A DNA stretch of 60,112 nt from Candidatus Yanofskybacteria bacterium (GCA_016181105.1 JACOZX010000018.1:1-60112), one strand, 5' to 3'; shown: positions 33,872-42,440, counted from the stretch's first letter. Made by a program: numbers and translations. Notes: a model not told the origin generated them from the letters alone.

Positions 33872-34763
33872 AACTCTTCAACTCTTCTATCCCATCAGCC
33901 AATCTTACCGTCGGCTTCCAGCCAAGAAGTTTCTTGGCCAAACTAATATCAGCCAAAGTTAATCTAGCTTCTCCTTTTCTTGGCGCAATAACTTTTGTTT
34001 TACTCCCAATCATTTTTGCTACTTCAACAACCGAATGATTTTCCCCACTGCCGATATTTATGACTTCTCCTTTGCCGACTTTGCTTGACTTCATAGCCGC
34101 AAGATTGGCGGCGACCACATCTCGGACATGAGTAAAATCTCTCCTCTGTTTGCCGTTAGGAACTATGGTCAGCGGCTGGCCGGCTTTGTTTTGCTTTAGA
34201 AAAATTCCGATTACAGTAGCATAAGCGTCTTCGCAAGTTTGCCTCGGACCATAGACATTAAAATATCTCAAACAAACAACCGGCAATCCATAGAGATGAT
34301 TGAAAAGTTGGCAGTACATCTCGCCCATGTATTTTTGCATGGCATAAGGATTGAGGGGATTGGCAATCATATCTTCCCGTAAGGGCATGGTTTTTTGCAG
34401 GCCGTAAGCCGAAGAAGAAGCAGAGTATATAAATTTTTTAACGCCGGCTTCTTTGGCGGCAAGCAAAACATGCAAGGTGCCGGTTAAGTTTGCATCGTGA
34501 GAAGTTTTTGGATCTTTGATTGAAGGCTGGATTCTGGGCTGGGCGGCTAGGTGAAAAACAACTTCGGCTTTTTTGAAGATGGGCCTGATTTTGTCCAGAT
34601 CAACAATGCTTAAATTGTGAAATTTGGCCTTGGGGTTGAGGTTTTCTTTTTTTCCAGTTGAGAGGTTGTCTATGACATGAATGTCCTTGTGGCCTTGCTT
34701 GACCAACTCATCAACCAAATTTGAGCCGATAAACCCGGCTCCGCCGGTAACAATGATTTTCAT
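33870..34763 (-). CDS. NAD-dependent sugar-nucleotide epimerase/dehydratase (SDR family)
   Basis: MKIIVTGGAGFIGSNLV and the catalytic-type YAMQKY. Confidence 0.85.
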   Translation of the reverse strand: MKIIVTGGAGFIGSNLVDELVKQGHKDIHVIDNLSTGKKENLNPKAKFHNLSIVDLDKIRPIFKKAEVVFHLAAQPRIQPSIKDPKTSHDANLTGTLHVLLAAKEAGVKKFIYSASSSAYGLQKTMPLREDMIANPLNPYAMQKYMGEMYCQLFNHLYGLPVVCLRYFNVYGPRQTCEDAYATVIGIFLKQNKAGQPLTIVPNGKQRRDFTHVRDVVAANLAAMKSSKVGKGEVINIGSGENHSVVEVAKMIGSKTKVIAPRKGEARLTLADISLAKKLLGWKPTVRLADGIEELKS

Positions 34764-34787
34764 AATTTAAATATACAGAACAATTAC

Positions 34788-34849
34788 GCGAGTATGCCTG
34801 TTTCTTGCGCCGGACTGTCGCCGTCGAACTGCGAAACAGGCATACTCGC
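34788..34849 (-). repeat. B-type hairpin element (copy 4, reverse orientation)
   Basis: The stem GCGAGTATGCCTGTTTC/GAAACAGGCATACTCGC surrounds the loop, the reverse complement of GCAGTTCGACGGCGACAGTCCGGCGC. Confidence 0.8.
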
Positions 34850-34874
34850 TTCATTTACAAAAATTATCAATTTG

Positions 34875-34947
34875 TATCCCCAGGAGGGCTTGAACCTCCA
34901 ACCTTCAGCTCCGCAAGCTGACGCTCTTCCAATTGAGCTATGGGGAC
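34875..34947 (-). tRNA. tRNA-Arg (anticodon GCG)
   Basis: Hand-folded cloverleaf: GTCCCCA TA GCTC AATTGGAA GAGC G TCAGC TTGCGGA GCTGA AGGTT GGAGG TTCAAGC CCTCC TGGGGAT A. Confidence 0.8.
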
Positions 34948-34953
34948 AGCATG

Positions 34954-35490
34954 TTACATGCCCAATTTTCTGGTAATAACTTCAATCAAGGTATCTTCGT
35001 GCCGCTCCTCCGGCAAAAGACCCAATAGCATATTGCGGATTTCTGTGGGACTTTCTTGTCCGACAAGAGGAAGTTTGATGTAAGAGCGATGCCAACCTTT
35101 GTGCTTAAAGCTAAGCTCTTTAAGAAATGGGGGATCATACTCAATCCAAAAAGATTTCAAGTGTCTGTAAAGATAAGCCTTTCCGTCTAACACCAAACCT
35201 CTTTGATTTATCTCCCAAGCCACATCTTTCTTCTCCTGCATTCCTAAAATAACCATAACTGTTGCAATCAAAAAAAAGAATATGGCGGTAACGGTGTTTT
35301 GAGAAATAAGCAGATAGAGCAGGCCGACTAGGGCTAAAACAGAGACTATGGCTGTCAGCAATGATTTGTTTACAAACTGATAATGAGCGGGTATGCGGCC
35401 GGAAATTTTTGAAGGCAAAGCTGTTTCACTATTTTCAACATTCTTTTTTCTCAAGTCTAAGATTTGAGACATGCTTAAATCTAACACCAC
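34954..35490 (-). CDS. hypothetical membrane protein
   Basis: 178 aa with two adjacent TM segments followed by a soluble domain. Confidence 0.5.
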   Translation of the reverse strand: MVLDLSMSQILDLRKKNVENSETALPSKISGRIPAHYQFVNKSLLTAIVSVLALVGLLYLLISQNTVTAIFFFLIATVMVILGMQEKKDVAWEINQRGLVLDGKAYLYRHLKSFWIEYDPPFLKELSFKHKGWHRSYIKLPLVGQESPTEIRNMLLGLLPEERHEDTLIEVITRKLGM

Positions 35491-35498
35491 ACACGCTT

Positions 35499-36926
35499 TT
35501 AAGGAAGAGCCGGTTGTTTACCGGCAAGAAAATCAAGAAAAACTTTTTCCCCAGCCTCTTCTTTTTTACCTTCCGGCCGGCGTTCGGGAATAAAAAGCTT
35601 TGAGCAAAAATACTGTAAATTGGAAATATCGCCCTTTTCGCCTTTTGGGTCAATAACAAACTTTGCCAGCTCTTCAATTATTCTTTTCAGTCGGAACCTT
35701 TTGATTATAAGGCTGTTTGAGGAGATTATTTTGCCCCTCGATTCAACTTTAGGAATGTAAACACAGCCTTTTTCTTCCAGTGTTTTTGTGTATTGCTCAC
35801 GGATTTCTTTGGGCAGACTTTTCGGGGATTTTTCCAAGAGCGTTTCAAACTCTTCTTCAGAGTAAAAACTTGGGTAAAAATCTGACGGCGGAAGATTTAA
35901 ACCTTCCACTTTCTCGGTTATTTTTATGCCGAGTATTCTTCTGATTCCGGCCACAATTTCTGCGCCCATAACATCAGACCAAATATCTATCTCTCCTTCG
36001 GTTTTACCGGCAAACTGTTTTAAGTTTTCTATATCTGAAACAATTTCTGTGATCAAGGGCGCGGTAATGAAGTTGTAAGTTCTGCTTTTGATTTTAAGAA
36101 TTTTGGGTATCTGAAAGTTTTCATATCTTCTCAAAGCAGAAAAATATAACGGCCGGATATTCTGGAGAACTGTAGTGCTTTTTTTATTTCTAAACCGGTC
36201 AATTTGAGACAAGGCTTTTGGCAAATGATTGCCGGACAGATGAGCGTCGCCGATATGGACAAACAATTTGGCTTGCGGATGCTTTTCCGCAATAGCCGCA
36301 ATTTTTTCGGCGAAAAATTTGTCTTCCAGATCTTGTTCGCCGCTCTCGGCTTGAAACTTTATGCCGTAGACTTTAATTCCAAGCTTTTTGGCTGTTTCCA
36401 ATATTTTTTTATAACCCGGCCAATGTTCCATGTCCCCCCATTCAAGAAAATGAGATCTTTTTAAAAATAGCTCTTCATCTATCTGGCCGGACATGAACTC
36501 TTCTATCGCTTTCTGGTGTTTGGGCGAAATAAATTCTAAGGCTAAAACCGCCTGACCCGATTGCGGTTGAGCCGCTCTTTCTATAAATTCGGCTGAAAAT
36601 TCCTGGTTTCTTCTTAGGTTGTGGCGGTCTCCAAGGAAAACGATATCCGAATTTCTCGCTTCAGCTTCAACTTTTTGGGCTTCGGCCGGCTGTTCAAAGT
36701 TGCGAAATTCTTTGTAAAAATCTTTGAGGTATTTTTCCAGTTCGGGATCTTTGTCGGCCACATTTTCGTCCAAGCCAAAACAAGTGGCCTCGTAATTTTC
36801 AAACCACTTTATTGTTTCCAGCAGGTTATCCAAAATCTTTTTCTCGTTTGCTTTCAATTCACCAACTCTTTCTTGAGGCTTTGTCTTGGGCTTTTCTATG
36901 GCGTTTGTTTTTTCCGGTCTAATCAT
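35499..36926 (-). CDS. hypothetical protein, possibly ChaN/Tiki-like
   Basis: 475 aa. The only hint is IVFLGDRHNLRRNQEF. Confidence 0.35.
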   Translation of the reverse strand: MIRPEKTNAIEKPKTKPQERVGELKANEKKILDNLLETIKWFENYEATCFGLDENVADKDPELEKYLKDFYKEFRNFEQPAEAQKVEAEARNSDIVFLGDRHNLRRNQEFSAEFIERAAQPQSGQAVLALEFISPKHQKAIEEFMSGQIDEELFLKRSHFLEWGDMEHWPGYKKILETAKKLGIKVYGIKFQAESGEQDLEDKFFAEKIAAIAEKHPQAKLFVHIGDAHLSGNHLPKALSQIDRFRNKKSTTVLQNIRPLYFSALRRYENFQIPKILKIKSRTYNFITAPLITEIVSDIENLKQFAGKTEGEIDIWSDVMGAEIVAGIRRILGIKITEKVEGLNLPPSDFYPSFYSEEEFETLLEKSPKSLPKEIREQYTKTLEEKGCVYIPKVESRGKIISSNSLIIKRFRLKRIIEELAKFVIDPKGEKGDISNLQYFCSKLFIPERRPEGKKEEAGEKVFLDFLAGKQPALP

Positions 36927-37029
36927 ACCCGAATCTTAACAGTTGAAGCTGTGAAAATCAAAGTTTACTTTTTGTCAGCTTTTTGTATAGTTACAAAAGC
37001 TCTCTTTGTCTTAGGAAAACGGAGCGAGG

Positions 37030-37386
37030 ATGAGGATTTTAAATATTGTCGGACTTTTGATTTTCTTTGGTTCAATGTTTGGCATGTTTGTTTTTATAAG
37101 GGGAGCGGACCCTAGTCCAAGCCTGCTTTTGCTGTTTCTTGCGACTTTTATCGGAGGAGCTGTTCTCGCTGTTTGGGCGCAGAATAAAAAATTTCCCGAC
37201 AGATTTTTTATGCTTGCTCTGATTTCCGGATATTTAAGTTTTGTTTTTTTTGGTTTCGCCAGAGTGGCCAGAACGGTTTCTTTAGAAGAAGCTATGCCGT
37301 TTCTTGTGCTTGCGGTATTGATGGGCATTTGTTCTGTTGTCTTCGGGATTAGTTCTGACGAAGTTAAGAAAAAGAAAAACGAGTAA
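37030..37386 (+). CDS. hypothetical membrane protein (3-4 TM)
   Basis: 118 aa, strongly hydrophobic, followed by a terminator. Confidence 0.55.
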   Translation: MRILNIVGLLIFFGSMFGMFVFIRGADPSPSLLLLFLATFIGGAVLAVWAQNKKFPDRFFMLALISGYLSFVFFGFARVARTVSLEEAMPFLVLAVLMGICSVVFGISSDEVKKKKNE

Positions 37387-37392
37387 ATTTAA

Positions 37393-37415
37393 AGCCCGCA
37401 AATGCGGGTTTTTTT
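37393..37415 (+). terminator. rho-independent terminator
   Basis: AGCCCGC-aaat-GCGGGTT followed by a T-run. Confidence 0.7.
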
Positions 37416-37419
37416 GTTG

Positions 37420-37437
37420 GCGGTGGGTGGAGGAGTC
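37420..37437 (-). repeat. duplicated 3' end of tRNA-Ser(TGA), with CCA
   Basis: GCGGTGGGTGGAGGAGTC is identical to 37556-37573. The copy is preceded by TG, so it reads ..ACCCACCGCCA on the minus strand. Confidence 0.85.
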
Positions 37438-37556
37438 TCCTTCGCCTCTCGGCTTGCCGTCGCTCGCCTCGGGCTAGGCACCGCCTCGCGGTTTCGCCTG
37501 CTGGCTCAACATCGCTCCGGCGTTCGACTCCTCACGCAAAATAAGCAGTTATTTTG

Positions 37557-37638
37557 CGGTGGGTGGAGGAGTCGAACCTCCAAGGGCTTGCGCCCGTCGG
37601 TTTTCAAGACCGATGCCATGCCATTAGGCGAACCCACC
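37557..37638 (-). tRNA. tRNA-Ser (anticodon TGA)
   Basis: Hand-folded: GGTGGGT TC GCC TAATGGCAT GGC A TCGGT CTTGAAA ACCGA CGGGCGCAAGCCCTT GGAGG TTCGACT CCTCC ACCCACC G. It has a long variable arm and no encoded CCA. Confidence 0.9.
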
Positions 37639-37658
37639 GAGTTTTTCAGTAAACGCAA

Positions 37659-37913
37659 TCAATAAATGTTGTGCTTGCCGACAGCATAAAATCTTATGAT
37701 ATTCTTGTCGGCAAAATCAAATATTATCCGGTACTGATGATTTATAGAAAAAGCCCAAAACTCATTAAGTTCACCGTGAAGTTTGTGGGTTTTGGGGTGC
37801 AAATCAAACGGGTTTATTCTAAAAATTTTCTCTTTTTTTGTTGCCAGCGACTTGATCTCTTTGGGCAGTTTCTTAAATTGCTGTTTAAACTTGGAGTAGT
37901 AAAATATCTTCAT
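37659..37913 (-). CDS. RelE/YafQ-type toxin of a type II toxin-antitoxin pair
   Basis: 84 aa with HKLHGELNEFWAFSINHQYRIIFDF..FYAVGKH. Confidence 0.7.
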   Translation of the reverse strand: MKIFYYSKFKQQFKKLPKEIKSLATKKEKIFRINPFDLHPKTHKLHGELNEFWAFSINHQYRIIFDFADKNIIRFYAVGKHNIY

Positions 37914-37918
37914 TCTAC

Positions 37919-38128
37919 CTATTCCAAATCTCCCAGAGATTTAAGGATTTTCCAATTCTTGCCTTTGCCAAAATCCCTCTTAGCTTTTTCAAGTTCTTTA
38001 GCCAGTTCGTGGACACGCAAAAGATGGCGAAAGAACTCGCTGACACTGGCAAAGTTGCCAGTTTTTACTTCGTCCCTAACTTTTCTTGTTAGTTCTTGGG
38101 GCAAGGATATGTTAATGATGTTTCTCAT
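37919..38128 (-). CDS. ribbon-helix-helix antitoxin
   Basis: 69 aa with INISLPQEL..FASVSEFFRHLLR, ending 5 nt upstream of the toxin. Confidence 0.65.
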   Translation of the reverse strand: MRNIINISLPQELTRKVRDEVKTGNFASVSEFFRHLLRVHELAKELEKAKRDFGKGKNWKILKSLGDLE

Positions 38129-38285
38129 GGTTGTAATAATTTATATTACAATTCTAACAAAAATTAAGAGAGAGGTCAAATTCTAGTGCATGATCCGGCA
38201 TTCGCCAAGACTTCCAAGACTTCCATGATTCGTTGATTTTTCAAGAGATCCTTGATAGTCTGACGATTGAATTCTTCCAATCCTT

Positions 38286-39038
38286 ATGACTATTAATATC
38301 ATCTCCCATCGCGGGTCCGGCGTCGGCGCACGTGAGAACACGGTCGCGGCATTTGCCGCAGCGTTGAAGCAGGGCGCACACAGTTTTGAGTGCGACGTGC
38401 GCTTCACGCGAGATCTTAAACCTGTTATTCACCATGATTTCACCGCTCTGTCACTCTTCCGCAAACTTACCCCGATTAAGCGGCTTACACTGGCTCAGAT
38501 TCAGCATCTGTCCACATATCACGACGCCTCGGTAAACAGTCTCGACGATGTCCTCAACTTTCTGGGCTTCACGAATGCCCAATGTTATCTCCATCTTAAG
38601 GACGTTTCCCGACTACCTGTTCTTGGCATTCTGCGACAGATCGAGAGGTCTCACTTGGCCGGTCAAATGTTTTTTGTGATACCCGGATCTGAATATGGGA
38701 GGCTCCAGTCCTTTGGCGTCAACCCGAATCGTATAGTTGTGATGGTGCCGTACCCTTTTTTCCGCTTTGGGCACAATATAGCCAGAAGTGTGTGTCACGA
38801 GGTTGCCTTACTTGCGCCGCCTGGCATCCTTAATCTTGATGCTGCCTTCTTGCGACTTGTTGAGACGGCCAGCGGACAAGCCCGTGCAGTGGGCCATCGT
38901 GTAAGTGTTGGCCTAGGCGATACCGTTTCCACACTGCAGTGGTTAAGCGCCCTCCCGGTCGATGGTATCTGGACCAATCAACCCGTTCTTTGTAACGACG
39001 TCTTGCAGCGTGCGGCCAGACTCGACATAGCTGTATGA
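38286..39038 (+). CDS. glycerophosphodiester phosphodiesterase family protein (GC-rich island 3)
   Basis: IISHRGSG..RENTVAAFAAALKQGAHSFECDVRFTRDLKPVIHHD. Confidence 0.75.
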   Translation: MTINIISHRGSGVGARENTVAAFAAALKQGAHSFECDVRFTRDLKPVIHHDFTALSLFRKLTPIKRLTLAQIQHLSTYHDASVNSLDDVLNFLGFTNAQCYLHLKDVSRLPVLGILRQIERSHLAGQMFFVIPGSEYGRLQSFGVNPNRIVVMVPYPFFRFGHNIARSVCHEVALLAPPGILNLDAAFLRLVETASGQARAVGHRVSVGLGDTVSTLQWLSALPVDGIWTNQPVLCNDVLQRAARLDIAV

Positions 39039-39655
39039 CAACAACTGATACAAGGTCGATCCTTATCATTCATGGTGCCATAGTCCGCAGTTCGACGCAT
39101 CGATGGCTGAAAGAAATGCAGACTCACTTTGTCAGTCGGGGAGTCTCGGATGTCAGAGTCTTTCACTGGAGCGGCCATGTGACGGTCCGTGCCATAGAGA
39201 AAGCCAGTGATGAGTTATCGCAGTTGCTTGACGACTGTAATCAGTCGGTGCGTGTGCTTGCAAAGAGCACTGGAGCTCTTGTCTTCCGCTCGGCGGTTCG
39301 AAAGTTATGCACGAAGTCGGCTGCAAGACAATTTGACCTTCTTCTTCAAGTTGCCGCACCAAACTCAACTGCGCCCGAGCCGAGTCTGTGTAATGTGAGA
39401 AGGATTGTGAACATCTATTCGCGTGATGACTAGTTTCTGAAATTCTTTCTACGGTTCGGACCAGTGTTCAGGCGTTACACACAGATGTTATACATGTCAG
39501 AGGCTGTTGGCGTGACCACTGTAGAGAATATTCAGGTTCCAGGCATAGGTCACAATACATTCAATTGGAATGTTCACATTACTGAAGGTGCGTTCGCGGG
39601 TAGGCACCTATATGATGTCTATTTCGACTTGTTGAATGGTGGCGCCGTGCCGTGA
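39035..39655 (+). pseudogene. alpha/beta-hydrolase-like ORF interrupted by one in-frame TAG (39431-39433)
   Basis: ORFs 39035..39433 and 39464..39655 share a frame, and the 10 codons between them contain no other stop. The start overlaps the GDPD stop (ATGA). Confidence 0.55.
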
Positions 39656-39688
39656 GGCTTCCTTTGTCCACCTGCAAAATCATGATTG

Positions 39689-39706
39689 GCGGAGGGAGTG
39701 GGAGTC
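39689..39706 (-). repeat. duplicated 3' end of tRNA-Ser(GCT), with CCA
   Basis: GCGGAGGGAGTGGGAGTC is identical to 39877-39894. The copy reads ..TCCCTCCGCCA on the minus strand. Confidence 0.85.
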
Positions 39707-39877
39707 CTCTTCCCTCGAAAATTTCTGATGCCTAAGGGCATATCGAAATTTTCTCCTCCAGAGCCTGGGTTTTCGAAAAAGTGAAACTATTCACTTTTTC
39801 TCAATACCCTTCGACTCCCGCTCTTGCATCGACAAGTAGCATAAATAGTTAGCAAAAGCTAACTATTTGTGTACATG

Positions 39878-39963
39878 CGGAGGGAGTGGGAGTCGAACCC
39901 ACATGACCTCTTTCAAGGTCGGAGATTAGCAATCTCCTGCACCAGCCATTATGCGCCCCCTCC
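39878..39963 (-). tRNA. tRNA-Ser (anticodon GCT)
   Basis: Hand-folded: GGAGGGG GC GCA TAATGGCTGG TGC A GGAGA TTGCTAA TCTCC GACCTTGAAAGAGGTCAT GTGGG TTCGACT CCCAC TCCCTCC G. Confidence 0.9.
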
Positions 39964-39964
39964 A

Positions 39965-40231
39965 CTACTTATATATTTCGTCTCTTTTAGCTATTTTAAG
40001 TATGGATATTTCCTTTCTGTTTTTGATGATGTCAAAAATCACCCTATATTCTCCTATTCTAAAACGAAAACTTCCCAATTCATTATTTACCAATTTCTTT
40101 GCAAACTTCAAAGGATTGTTCAAAGTAAAAAAGCGCACCTTGCCGGCTATGCGCCTTTGAATAACTGATGAAAAACGCTGCAAATCGTTTAATGCCTGCT
40201 TGGTATAAATTGTCTTCCACTCAAATGCCAA
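39965..40231 (-). CDS. RelE/ParE-family toxin
   Basis: C-terminal LGSFRFRIGEYRVIFDI..ISILKIAKRDEIYK. A TTG start overlaps the antitoxin stop. Confidence 0.65.
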   Translation of the reverse strand: MAFEWKTIYTKQALNDLQRFSSVIQRRIAGKVRFFTLNNPLKFAKKLVNNELGSFRFRIGEYRVIFDIIKNRKEISILKIAKRDEIYK

Positions 40232-40424
40232 GGTTGTGAAGGACTTTTTCTTGAGGAACAGCCTCTCCTCTTTTTGTTTGTTCTCTAGCGAAAGCAATGT
40301 CTTTTGCGTGTTTGGCGTACTTTTCAAGCATGGCAAACTTTTCATCAAGCTTTTTAAGGCGTTTTTTTATTTCATCTTTCTCTCTTGAGACTGTTTTGAT
40401 TTGATTGGACAAAACTTGATTCAT
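40221..40424 (-). CDS. antitoxin partner (small, coiled-coil)
   Basis: A 67-aa ORF immediately upstream of, and overlapping, the toxin. Confidence 0.5.
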   Translation of the reverse strand: MNQVLSNQIKTVSREKDEIKKRLKKLDEKFAMLEKYAKHAKDIAFAREQTKRGEAVPQEKVLHNLGI

Positions 40425-40464
40425 GGTCCAATGTTAACAACTTCTTGAGCAAAAAACAATAGGG

Positions 40465-41217
40465 CTAGCCTTTGGCAACGACTAAACCGATTACTTTTTC
40501 TGCGCCCGCCTCTTTCAATATTCTGGCGCACTCGTCTAGGGTTGCTCCGGTGGTGGTTATGTCGTCAACCAGAAGTATAGTTTTGTTTTTTATCTTTTCC
40601 GGCTGACGGCAAATAAATATCCCCTCTGTGTTTTTTATCCTTTCTTCTTTGTTTTCTATCTCCGCTTGAGGCTTTTTACTCTTTATCCTGTCCAATACGT
40701 CAACGGCAATTTCTAATTTAAATTCCCCGGCTAACTCATCAGCTAAAAGTTCTGACTGATTGTAAGAGCGCCAGTTAAGCCTTAACCGGTGCAAGGGCAG
40801 GGGAACGAGGACAATCTCGCTTCGGTAACTGTCAAAAAAGCGGTCTTTGTTTTTTTGTTTTAAAAACCTTATCAGGAGTCTGCCAAGAGGCGCTTTTGTT
40901 GAGGATATGAACTTGTATTTTAAAGCCCAAAGCATTTTTTTGACTAGAGGTTCTTCGTAACTGGCGGCTATCCAGATAAAATCTAAAAAGTGGTCCTTCC
41001 TGCAAAACGGACAAGTTTCGCCTTGGCTTGTGGGCGAGGCGCAGAAGGCGCACTCAAAACCTTTTCTAATATTGATTCTTTGAAAACATGGCTGGCACGA
41101 GTATTTATCCGGATCGTCTGCGTTTTGGATTTTGTTACAACCCAGACAATGAATAGGGAAGAATAGATCAAAGAAAAAGTCTTTTAAGCTTGCTATGGAT
41201 AACTTGAGTAACTTCAT
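40465..41217 (-). CDS. comFC: ComF family phosphoribosyltransferase-like competence protein
   Basis: N-terminal Cys clusters (CLGC..C..C, CAFC..CPFC) and a PRTase loop LLVDDITTTGATL. Confidence 0.8.
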   Translation of the reverse strand: MKLLKLSIASLKDFFFDLFFPIHCLGCNKIQNADDPDKYSCQPCFQRINIRKGFECAFCASPTSQGETCPFCRKDHFLDFIWIAASYEEPLVKKMLWALKYKFISSTKAPLGRLLIRFLKQKNKDRFFDSYRSEIVLVPLPLHRLRLNWRSYNQSELLADELAGEFKLEIAVDVLDRIKSKKPQAEIENKEERIKNTEGIFICRQPEKIKNKTILLVDDITTTGATLDECARILKEAGAEKVIGLVVAKG

Positions 41218-41246
41218 TTTATTTTTATGGTATAATCAAACTAATT

Positions 41247-42338
41247 ATGAACTTCGGTTTCTTCAAGAATTTTTTAGCTAAAGGCACGCTGGGGATAGAT
41301 ATGGGCACAGCCTCAATCAAGGTTGTTGAACTTTCCAAAGAAAGCGGACGTTTTAAGTTACTAAATTATGGAATCTTCCGGCTTGAGAATCAAGAAGAAG
41401 CCGTTGAAACCAAGCAGAAGATTACGAAATTGCCCGATCAGGATATTGTTTGGGGCATCAAAGAGCTTATCGCCCGTTCAGGCATAAAAAGTAAAAATGT
41501 AGTTGCCTCCATTCCCTCGTTCTCAACTTTCTCAACTGTCATCTCTTTGCCCTACCTGTCAGAAAGAGACTTGGCCAAAGCCATACCCTTTGAAGCCAAA
41601 AAGTATGTGCCAATTCCGATTGACCAAGTTATTTTGGACTGGTCAATAATCAATTCAACTTCAGATCAGACAAGCGGGGGACAGTTGGGGGCGGGGCGTA
41701 TTACCCCTACGGTAGACGTTTTCTTGGCGGCTGTTCCCAAACATGAGACAGAGAGATACAAAAAAATTATGAATGCCGCCGGTTTAAACTTGGCGGCTCT
41801 GGAACTTGAAAATATCGCTTTGATCAGGTCTTTAATCGGCAACGACTTGAGTCCTGTGGCGATAGTTAATATAGGAGGCAGAAGCACATCTATACTGGTG
41901 GTGAATCAGGGTTTTGAGAGGATAAGCCATAATTACGAGATTGGCGGATTTGAAATCACCAGATCAATTGCCCGTTCTATGGGAGTCGGTCTTTCCAGAG
42001 CGGAAGAATTTAAAAAGACAATCGGTTTAAAGCCGGAAGGGACCAAAGTTGTCAGCGAGGCGATGACTTCTTTGCTGGATATGATGGTTTTTGAGGCAAA
42101 AAAAACTATTACGACTTTTGAGAATGCTAAAGGCGTTAAAATACAAAAGATTTTTCTGGTTGGCGGGGTGGCTAACATGCCGAGCTTTTTGGAATACTTT
42201 AAGACCAAGATTAACATGGAAACTGTTATCGGTAACCCCTTCGCGCGAGTTGTCTATCCCAAAGAGCTTGCCAAGATGATTCCCGAGTTAAGTCCGACCT
42301 TTTCTATAGCTGCCGGTTTGGCCATGAGAGAAGTGTGA
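41247..42338 (+). CDS. pilM: type IV pilus assembly ATPase-fold protein PilM
   Basis: 363 aa with an actin-like fold signature (GIDMGTASIKVVEL, LVGGVANMP). Confidence 0.85.
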   Translation: MNFGFFKNFLAKGTLGIDMGTASIKVVELSKESGRFKLLNYGIFRLENQEEAVETKQKITKLPDQDIVWGIKELIARSGIKSKNVVASIPSFSTFSTVISLPYLSERDLAKAIPFEAKKYVPIPIDQVILDWSIINSTSDQTSGGQLGAGRITPTVDVFLAAVPKHETERYKKIMNAAGLNLAALELENIALIRSLIGNDLSPVAIVNIGGRSTSILVVNQGFERISHNYEIGGFEITRSIARSMGVGLSRAEEFKKTIGLKPEGTKVVSEAMTSLLDMMVFEAKKTITTFENAKGVKIQKIFLVGGVANMPSFLEYFKTKINMETVIGNPFARVVYPKELAKMIPELSPTFSIAAGLAMREV

Positions 42339-42440
42339 TATAATAAGTTTAGTTAAAAGTTTATCAAGTTATAAAGTTCATAAAGTAAAAACTTTAAGAA
42401 CTTGAACAACTTTATAACTTAGAACTAGCGCGAAGCGCTT

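Noticed and set aside
37418-37556. The idea that the tRNA-like 3' fragments with CCA (here and at 39687-39876) are tmRNA or permuted/split tRNA genes.
   Set aside because: There is no matching 5' acceptor half, no tag-peptide ORF or resume codon, and the acceptor sequence is Ser-type and identical to the neighbouring tRNA. Duplication by insertion is the simpler explanation.
37402-37665. ORF 37402..37665(+), and ORFs 39869..40168 and 39951..40160(+).
   Set aside because: They overlap the tRNA-Ser genes and their duplicated 3' ends on the opposite strand. They have no RBS and an implausible composition.
38183-38435. Minus-strand ORFs 38183..38407 and 38241..38435, and the several ORFs antisense to the GDPD gene.
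   Set aside because: They are shadows in GC-rich DNA. The plus-strand GDPD ORF carries the family's HRG..ENT..E.D..T.D..HD motifs.
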